Shown here: one piece after another, positions 51,116-57,747 of the stretch
Layout of the letters: the number at the start of each line of letters is the position of its first letter
Position numbering within the stretch: the first letter of the stretch is position 1
NCBI GenBank assembly: GCA_033764955.1
Contig: JANRIL010000002.1
Location: 1-57,747, forward strand
Source of the DNA: Cyanobacteriota bacterium
GTDB lineage: Bacteria; Cyanobacteriota; Cyanobacteriia; Thermostichales; Thermostichaceae
Reading direction: 5' to 3'
Length of the DNA stretch: 57,747 nt
Translations under genes and position numbers: made by a program
The notes under the pieces: model-generated
The model's database searches: none
Told to the model about the DNA's origin: nothing
Seen by the model: the letters and a program-made list of their open reading frames with translations, nothing else

Positions 51116-53059
51116 TTGAAGATGAGGTTGGTAACCGATGTGTCCTTCTCTCACCGCAAACGTGCTCAAAAATCCATTCACGAGACCTACCGACTGCTGG
51201 GGCTAGCGGGAACAGGTCAGTATGGACGTGTCTATTGTGCCCGCCACCAGATCACGGGTGAATTGGTCGCCCTCAAAGAATTGGAAGCTCACCGCTTTCC
51301 TACCCAAAATCTGTTGCGGGAACTCCGATATTTGCTCGCCCTTAATCACCCCAATATCACCCGTTGTTTTGCCTTAGAACATGCCCGTGAGGGGCGCTAT
51401 CTGGTCTTGGAATATTGCGAAGGGGGAACCCTGCGGGATTTGCTCAATCAATCCGTCCCTCTGCCCTACTCGCAAATTTTGCAATTTATGCACGATATCT
51501 TGGCCGGACTGGAGCACGCCCATGCTCAGGGGTTGGTGCATTGTGATATCAAGCCAGAAAACATCTTGCTCAAGCCCACCCCAACCGGATGGTCCCTCAA
51601 ACTGACGGATTTTGGCATTGCCCGCCACCAAGAACGCTCCACCCCAGATCTGAGCGCCACGGGATCCCCAGCCTATATGGCTCCTGAGCGGTTCTATGGA
51701 CAGGTGGAACCCGCCACAGATCTCTATGCAGTTGGCATCATTTTGTATGAGTTGCTGGCGGGGAGACGCCCGTTTTCCGGTACACCCGCCCACTTAATGC
51801 ATGCCCATCTCAACCAACCGCCTCTCCTGTTTCCGGATATTCCCACCCCTTTTTGTCCGATTGTGGAAATAGCGCTGCGGAAATTGGCTGCCCGTCGTTT
51901 TCGGACTGCCCCTGCAATGGCGGAAGCCCTTTCCCATCTCGCTCCTACCCTACTGGAACCGGATCACTGCTGGTTGGGATTAAATCCTCCCCTCCTCCCT
52001 GCTCCCGATCTCCAGAAACATCCCATCCCTCCCCTGGATAGCTGGCTGGCACTTCCCCCCAGCGGCAGTCATTCCCCCCATCTGTTTTGGAGCGCTGGAG
52101 CGACGATCACCCATACCCATTCTTTTCCGACCCATGCCCTAGGGGATCCCTCCCCCCCCTCTCTACCCCCCCTGCCCTCCTCCGTTACCCATCTCTACTC
52201 CCTCCCCGATCCACCTCAGCAGCAGCAGGGGGATCCCTCGGTTTTTTCGCTGCTGGTCATGACCGCGGAGGCCGCCTATCGCCTGACCCCCCCCCACCCC
52301 GCCAAAGCCCTCCTCCATCCAGCCCAGGCGTGGCACCATGCCTATCATCCCTATCACCACTGGTTAGCCTGGGCTACGCTAACGGAATGGGGATTGATCC
52401 ACCTCAAGCCACCGCTGCCACCCGCCAACGAAGCCCCCCATCTGGCAGAAAATTGGCGAGATCTAAATTGGTCAGAAAGCTATCGCTATGATCGCTGGCT
52501 CTTGCCCCAATCTGGCTTGGTAGAAGCTCCGCAACTGATGTGGCTTCCCTCTGCGTTGGTCTGTGTGATTGAGCAACGGGTCTATTTTTATCCCTATCAA
52601 AATGTCATTCCTCCGCAACCCAACTCGCCAGAAATCTATGATCTGCCGCTGCCCGCCCGCCAGTGGGTACAGGGATCCCCGCTGCCCAACCTGCTGATGA
52701 CCGATGATCAGCACCCCCACCGCCTCACCCTCATCCAGTTCCATCCCTTTCGGGTCAAATATCTGTTTTTGCAGGCAGACATTGATCAGATGATGGCGGC
52801 TCCGTGGGGGTTTGTGGTTTATACCCGCTACCATCGTCTGGTGCTGTTGACCGCGCAAGGGGATCCCTTAGCCCAGATCCAGCTACCGATGGCGGCTAGG
52901 CTCTTACAGGTCAGCTCGAACGGAGAAGTCTGGTTACAGTCGCAGGATCCCGTAGAGGAGGGAGGACTTTATCACCTGCTGCGGATGGATTTTCGCCAGC
53001 TATCCCTCTTGGATGAGCAGGGATCCCCTGCCAAAATCATCAATCTGAGCTATACCTAA
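51116..53059 (+). CDS. Ser/Thr protein kinase
   Basis: GTGQYG, VALK, HCDIKPEN, DFG, YMAPE. Confidence 0.92.
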   Translation: MKMRLVTDVSFSHRKRAQKSIHETYRLLGLAGTGQYGRVYCARHQITGELVALKELEAHRFPTQNLLRELRYLLALNHPNITRCFALEHAREGRYLVLEYCEGGTLRDLLNQSVPLPYSQILQFMHDILAGLEHAHAQGLVHCDIKPENILLKPTPTGWSLKLTDFGIARHQERSTPDLSATGSPAYMAPERFYGQVEPATDLYAVGIILYELLAGRRPFSGTPAHLMHAHLNQPPLLFPDIPTPFCPIVEIALRKLAARRFRTAPAMAEALSHLAPTLLEPDHCWLGLNPPLLPAPDLQKHPIPPLDSWLALPPSGSHSPHLFWSAGATITHTHSFPTHALGDPSPPSLPPLPSSVTHLYSLPDPPQQQQGDPSVFSLLVMTAEAAYRLTPPHPAKALLHPAQAWHHAYHPYHHWLAWATLTEWGLIHLKPPLPPANEAPHLAENWRDLNWSESYRYDRWLLPQSGLVEAPQLMWLPSALVCVIEQRVYFYPYQNVIPPQPNSPEIYDLPLPARQWVQGSPLPNLLMTDDQHPHRLTLIQFHPFRVKYLFLQADIDQMMAAPWGFVVYTRYHRLVLLTAQGDPLAQIQLPMAARLLQVSSNGEVWLQSQDPVEEGGLYHLLRMDFRQLSLLDEQGSPAKIINLSYT

Positions 53060-53139
53060 AAAACCAAGGGTTGTCCCCAACCCTTCGGCAACCCCTCTGC
53101 CGCCCCCTGATCTCCCCATGCGCTAACCCCATTTCTGCC

Positions 53140-53610
53140 ATGAATGACTCTCCGGTTGATGCTCTGCTGCAAGATCTGAAAAATCCGCAGGAAGCGGTGC
53201 GGCAACGAGCCACCCAGGAACTTTGGCAGATTTGGTTCCAGCAAAAGGGATCCCAGGGGTGTGAATTGCTCCTCCAAAGCCAATCCTTGATCGATGAGGG
53301 CAATATGAGTGAGGCGGAAGCCCTCTTGACAGGGCTGATTGATGGTCAGCCAGACTTTGCCGAAGCCTGGAATCGTCGCGCCGTCCTCTACTATTTGCAA
53401 GACCGCTTCCCCGAAGCCGTAGAAGACTGCCAGGTGGTGATTCGCCTCAATCCCCATCATTTTGGAGCTTGGCATGGTTTAGGTCTCTGCTTGGCTGCCC
53501 TCGGAGAATATCGCCAAGCTATCTCCGCCTTTCGGCAGGCGCTCGCCATACAACCCTTTGCTTTAATGAATCAACGCTTGATTTTGGAATGTACGGTTCT
53601 CTTAAACTAG
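53140..53610 (+). CDS. TPR protein
   Basis: PDFAEAWNRRA, HFGAWHGLG. Confidence 0.85.
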   Translation: MNDSPVDALLQDLKNPQEAVRQRATQELWQIWFQQKGSQGCELLLQSQSLIDEGNMSEAEALLTGLIDGQPDFAEAWNRRAVLYYLQDRFPEAVEDCQVVIRLNPHHFGAWHGLGLCLAALGEYRQAISAFRQALAIQPFALMNQRLILECTVLLN

Positions 53611-53647
53611 GGATGGATGAACCGGGATCCTTGTCGGAGGGAGTGAA

Positions 53648-54220
53648 ATGCGCTTTTTGGGGATGGGCTTGATCCTGCTGCTGCTGGGAGGGATCCCGTT
53701 ATCGGTAGCCGCTCAAGATCTGAATCAGCAACTCAACGCAGCGGTAGCAGAGAAGCGATGGCCAGATGCCATTGATCTGGTGGATCAAGTGATTCAACAG
53801 CAGCCTGACCGACGAGAGCCGCTCAGAGCCTATCGAAGCCAATTAGCAGCACTGGCGGAGGCAGGGATCCCTGACAACGATTCGATAGACTATGTCCGAA
53901 AGACTTCCAAAATAGATGTTTTTGAAGAATGGCTACGAGGGTCTGATATTGCCAAAACAGAGGATGCTTGGTCAAAATTTGATGAGATTAGTAACCAAGC
54001 TAATCCTGAGATGACCCTGGAGGATGTCATAACTATTATGGGATCCGCCGGAACGCTCATCCCTGCGGATGTCGATACACCACTATTTAATCTGTCAGAT
54101 TCATCCCAACCAATACCCATCCGTTATGCTTGGACAGATAATCGGGGTGGAATTTTAATCATCGACACAGAGGGGAAACGGGTGGTTGCCCAAACCAGAC
54201 TGTCCATCACCCTTGACTGA
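53648..54220 (+). CDS. Exported hypothetical protein, possible BLIP/DUF3862-like C-terminus
   Basis: Signal peptide; MTLEDVITIMGSAG...YAWTD. Confidence 0.6.
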   Translation: MRFLGMGLILLLLGGIPLSVAAQDLNQQLNAAVAEKRWPDAIDLVDQVIQQQPDRREPLRAYRSQLAALAEAGIPDNDSIDYVRKTSKIDVFEEWLRGSDIAKTEDAWSKFDEISNQANPEMTLEDVITIMGSAGTLIPADVDTPLFNLSDSSQPIPIRYAWTDNRGGILIIDTEGKRVVAQTRLSITLD

Positions 54221-54269
54221 ATCGAAAAGATCTCGCTAAAAGATATCCGCCCATCCACACACACCTAGC

Positions 54270-55184
54270 ATGGTCTTGTCCACCTCCTTTGCCCAACTCC
54301 GACCCGATTTGCTGGTGTCTGCGAGCCATCACCTGGCTTGGCGGGGGTTGGAGGTGATGACCTTTCAGGGGATCCCGAACGAGTCAAGTTTTCCGCCATT
54401 GGATCGTCATCTCCTCTTGCTCCATCAACAGGCTCACCTCACCGTGACCGCAAAATTTGCCGATCAGCAGCAGCAGGGATCCATCACCCCCCTCACCAAT
54501 CTCTCCCTCATCCCAGCCTTTTGTCCCAATCAGTGGGCATGGCCAGAAACGGCGGATTTTCGGGTTTTACACCTCTACCTTCATCCTGATTGGTTAACCC
54601 AGGTCGCGCCACCAGAGATCCCGACCCCCAGCCTAGCTCCCCAGATAGCGATCAGCGACCCACAACTGGAGTATTTGTCCTTGGCGTTGCAGGCTGAAGT
54701 AGAAACGGGCGGGTTAACAGGTTCTTTATTTGTGGAAAGTTTGACGATGGCACTGGCACAGCGGCTGCTCCACCGCTCCGCCCCCCACCCCCCGCAACGC
54801 TTCCCCGGACAGTTATCAACCCAGCAGAGGCAAACCGTTCTGGACTATTTGCATAGCCACCTTGACCAACCCCTGCACCTGGCAGAGATGGCTCGCCTAC
54901 TTGACCTCAGCCCCCACTATTTTGCCCGTCTCTTCAAACAGACGGTTGGGATCCCTCTCCACCAATATGTGATTGCTCTGAGGGTAGACCGAGCTGTACC
55001 CCTGATTCAAGCCGGACAACTTCCCCTCAACCAGATTGCCGCTCGCGTCGGTTTCGCCCACCAAAGCCATATGACCCACCATGTCAAACGTCAACTGGGC
55101 CTCACCCCCAGCCAACTGCGGAACTCCCCACCCTCCAACCGCCCAGCGGCTAGGCAAGATCCTGCTAACCGAGAGCAAGAATAG
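54270..55184 (+). CDS. AraC-family transcriptional regulator
   Basis: LSPHYFARLFKQTVG, IAARVGFAHQSH..GLTP. Confidence 0.93.
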   Translation: MVLSTSFAQLRPDLLVSASHHLAWRGLEVMTFQGIPNESSFPPLDRHLLLLHQQAHLTVTAKFADQQQQGSITPLTNLSLIPAFCPNQWAWPETADFRVLHLYLHPDWLTQVAPPEIPTPSLAPQIAISDPQLEYLSLALQAEVETGGLTGSLFVESLTMALAQRLLHRSAPHPPQRFPGQLSTQQRQTVLDYLHSHLDQPLHLAEMARLLDLSPHYFARLFKQTVGIPLHQYVIALRVDRAVPLIQAGQLPLNQIAARVGFAHQSHMTHHVKRQLGLTPSQLRNSPPSNRPAARQDPANREQE

Positions 55185-55221
55185 GTAAGACACCCTCCCC
55201 CAGATTCTTTAGAATGAGCAG
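55119..55221 (+). repeat. 103-bp direct repeat, copy 1
   Basis: Matches 56333-56435 with 2 mismatches. Confidence 0.95.
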
Positions 55222-55224
55222 GAT

Positions 55225-55305
55225 CGTTGCCCATCACCCACCGCAGAAGCCTTGAATACTCGTCAAATAACCTCTCAACGGTTGGGTGTATGGGCGTTGT
55301 TATGA
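55225..55305 (-). other. attC site ending at a non-canonical G|AT
   Basis: R'' TCATAAC, CCCAT(A)CACCC(A)ACCG pairs with CGGTGGGTGATGGG, then CAAC-G|ATC. Confidence 0.8.
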
Positions 55306-55326
55306 CGCGATCGCTACGCTTCCTAA

Positions 55327-55665
55327 TCAAGCTACTGCAAAACCTGTATGCTGTCGTATTTTAGGATGACGAAAACCTAATACGATATCTTCTTTGGAAA
55401 CACCCGCTGCCATTAAATCCGTCGCTACTCCTTCCTCAGTATCATCGGATTGAACCCAAACCTTATCATCAATCAAGCTGATGTGGATTGGAGCTGCATG
55501 AAGATATTTGTCGCCATGCCAGCCCATATCTAGAACCAGATACTGTCCCCGTTCATCATCGAAAACAGGCTGAGAAATGTAGCCATCAGGTAGCGTAGCA
55601 CGATAATCAGCGTGATTTTGAAGGACGCTCTTAACAATGCCTTGATATTTTAATCGGGTATCCAT
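55327..55665 (-). CDS. xisI: XisI-family protein
   Basis: FDDERGQY..GW..HI..KVWVQSDDTEEG...IVLGF..P..R. Confidence 0.93.
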   Translation of the reverse strand: MDTRLKYQGIVKSVLQNHADYRATLPDGYISQPVFDDERGQYLVLDMGWHGDKYLHAAPIHISLIDDKVWVQSDDTEEGVATDLMAAGVSKEDIVLGFRHPKIRQHTGFAVA

Positions 55666-56069
55666 TGCACAATCGCCTCACTTTCATCATTAAAGACAAT
55701 TAACTTGACCACCTGGTTTTTGAGTAAGACTTGTCCTAATTCTATAGTGAATACACTGTTAAAGGTTGGCTGAGGCACTGCGAGATAAAGGCTGCGCCAA
55801 ATCCTCATTTCATCAAGGATTTGGCGGTACAGGACATATTGCCCCAATGCCTGTTCTAAGTCTTTAACATCTGACGAACCTACAAAGCTTTTCACTTCAA
55901 CCACAATTCTTTGTAATCCCCTCTCAGCACTAATCAACTGCTCTGCACCCAAATCAGCCGACAAACGCTTTTTACCAATCTGAAGCGGGAACGGATCATG
56001 CGTAATCGTCCATCCGTCTTTTTGCAGGGCACGCTTCACAGTGTCGTGGTAAATGTCCTTTGCTGGCAC
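55650..56069 (-). CDS. xisH: XisH-family protein
   Basis: PAKDIYHDTVKRALQKDGWTITHDP, DLGAE, VEVKSF, ALGQY; GTG at 56069. Confidence 0.93.
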   Translation of the reverse strand: MPAKDIYHDTVKRALQKDGWTITHDPFPLQIGKKRLSADLGAEQLISAERGLQRIVVEVKSFVGSSDVKDLEQALGQYVLYRQILDEMRIWRSLYLAVPQPTFNSVFTIELGQVLLKNQVVKLIVFNDESEAIVQWIPD

Positions 56070-56180
56070 GGAAAACCTGAAGTAATCGAACTGTTGCTGC
56101 CAGTATATAGTGATTGCTGTTGCTTTTGATACCAACAGATAAGCTTCAAGTACGTCCCTACCCAAGACCTAGCGGCATAA

Positions 56181-56332
56181 CTTTTCTTAATATGGGCGGA
56201 GTAAATTGGCAATTCCGGATGCACTTTCTTGAAGCGTAGACTTGGGTAGCTTGGGTCTTCCTTAAACTGGCGCTACGCTACGCTGCACGGGTTTGCTCTT
56301 GAACCTGTTTAAGTAAATCAGCGAATAATTTA
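56181..56332 (-). pseudogene. Internal fragment of a RelE/ParE-like toxin
   Basis: KLFADLLKQVQEQTRAA, then QFKEDPSYPSLRFKKVHPELPIYSA; same family as 39948-40207. Confidence 0.7.
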
Positions 56333-56435
56333 CGGAACTCCCCACCCTCCAACCGCCCAGAGGCTAGGCAAGATCCTGCTAACCGAGAGCAAGAATAGGT
56401 AAGACACCCTCCCCCAGATTCTCTAGAATGAGCAG
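56333..56435 (+). repeat. 103-bp direct repeat, copy 2
   Basis: Matches 55119-55221. Confidence 0.95.
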
Positions 56436-56470
56436 AAGCAAAGATTTTTACCGTTAGGCAGGAGAGGAAC

Positions 56471-57421
56471 ATGCCAATATCCGGATGGCGGATCGCTGGA
56501 TTCGTTGGGATGAGTCTGTTTTTTTTGACTCCTGGCTATGCTCAGGAATTGCCCCCTATTTTTGACCAGGTGCCGCCACAACTTCTTCCCGCCACCTCCT
56601 TAGCCCGCCTACCCCAAAACACCTTTTTGGAGAGCATTGTTGCCACCCCAGAGGGCGATCTCTTCATCACCAACCACGAAGCGGGCAAAATTCTCCGCCT
56701 CAACAGCCAGGGATCCCTTTCTATCTGGGCAACCTTAGCAGGCAAAGCCACAGGACTCGTGCGAACCGAGGATCAATCTCTGCTGGTAACGGGAGTGGAT
56801 CCAACCCAAACCCAAATGGTTCTGCGGGTGGATAGTACAGGGCAAGTGACCACCCTTCTGAAAATGCCCGAAGCTCAATTTCTCAACGGTATCACCCACC
56901 TGGCAGGCTCTCGTTATTTAATGGCAGATTCCTACCGAGGAGCGATTTGGTTGTTTGATGCTAGCCAAGCCACAGCCGAGATTTGGCTAGAACACCCGCT
57001 GTTGGCACGCCCCGACAGCAACAACCCCATTCCGGCGGTAAATGGTCTGAAGATTTTTAATAACATCCTCTATGCCTCAAATACCGCTCAACAGCGATTG
57101 CTCAAGATCCCAGTGGGATCCGATGGCAAGGCGGGGGATCCGCAGATTTTCGTGGAGCGGATCAATCTGGATGATTTTGCGTTGGATAGTGACGGTAATC
57201 TCTATGGAGCTACCCACATCTACAACAGTGTAATCAAAGTCACGCCCCAGGGATCCATTACCATTGTGGGGCAACCCACCGTAGGCAGCACCGCCGTTGC
57301 TTTTGGGGAAACCCCCGCCGATTCGCAAAGCTTATATGTGGTTACCAATGGAGGGATGTTTTTGCCGCCCCCGACCGGTGTCGAGGAAGCCCAGGTGATT
57401 CGCCTCCAACTGGATCCCTAA
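56471..57421 (+). CDS. SMP-30/gluconolactonase-like beta-propeller, exported
   Basis: Signal peptide; FLESI, FLNG, ADSY.G.IW, VNGLK, DDFALD. Confidence 0.8.
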   Translation: MPISGWRIAGFVGMSLFFLTPGYAQELPPIFDQVPPQLLPATSLARLPQNTFLESIVATPEGDLFITNHEAGKILRLNSQGSLSIWATLAGKATGLVRTEDQSLLVTGVDPTQTQMVLRVDSTGQVTTLLKMPEAQFLNGITHLAGSRYLMADSYRGAIWLFDASQATAEIWLEHPLLARPDSNNPIPAVNGLKIFNNILYASNTAQQRLLKIPVGSDGKAGDPQIFVERINLDDFALDSDGNLYGATHIYNSVIKVTPQGSITIVGQPTVGSTAVAFGETPADSQSLYVVTNGGMFLPPPTGVEEAQVIRLQLDP

Positions 57422-57747
57422 CTCCCTGCACAAATTACCCAAAACATCCCCTTTGCTCATCTTGGGGCATCCCTATTCTTCCTTGGAAACATCGCCTTCA
57501 TCCCCTTCTACCTAAGCCGTTTTAACTTTTTGGGGGTTCGGGGGGCTATAAGTTCCGTGCTGTAGCTGTAGCTTGCTTCCCGCAGGGTAAGGTCAGCGTC
57601 GGGATACATGGACACCCCGCGTCGTAGAGCTTCGCTCCGCCGAAGGCGTATGAGGGGTTTCTCCTGGGGAGACGCTCCGCGAACGATGCCCCGAAAATCG
57701 ACAAACTATCTATCGGTTCTAACAGAAGGTGTAAATCTTTTAGAATG

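Noticed and set aside
50110..51261. Multiple long overlapping ORFs (also 5046-5660, 31152-31742, 33787-34317)
   Set aside because: Shadow frames of well-supported genes, without recognisable motifs
55327..56069. fdxN-type excision element
   Set aside because: No xisF serine recombinase and no interrupted nif/fdxN gene nearby

Overview
Cyanobacterial chromosomal window, about 50-55% GC by eye. The palindrome GGGATCCC is highly iterated, as known for the Thermostichus / Yellowstone-type Synechococcus lineage. Bases 1-6.9 kb are a decayed integrative element abutting the 3' end of tRNA-Arg(CCU). It holds an IS5-family end, a dead integron integrase, a MazF/PemK toxin-antitoxin pair, an operon of CI-like repressor, umuD-like, SRAP, vapBC and umuC, a divergent Ner-like gene and a truncated UvrD-like helicase. 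The rest is mostly core and signalling genes: isiA, pepP, PAS/GAF kinases, a PatA-CheY-CheW-MCP-CheA cluster with an MHYT-domain receptor, ureG, ispG, tatA, ppsA, purN and glycerate kinase. Most notable: (i) three well-formed attC sites far from any active integrase, marking toxin-antitoxin, glycosyltransferase and XisH/XisI cassettes, the last inside a 103-bp direct duplication; (ii) an ECF sigma region-2 / TM / RskA-type anti-sigma fusion lacking region 4; (iii) the MHYT chemoreceptor; (iv) a catalytically degenerate UmuD in a phage-repressor operon with three copies of a 22-bp operator-like motif. Family assignments come from motif recognition by eye; no searches were run.
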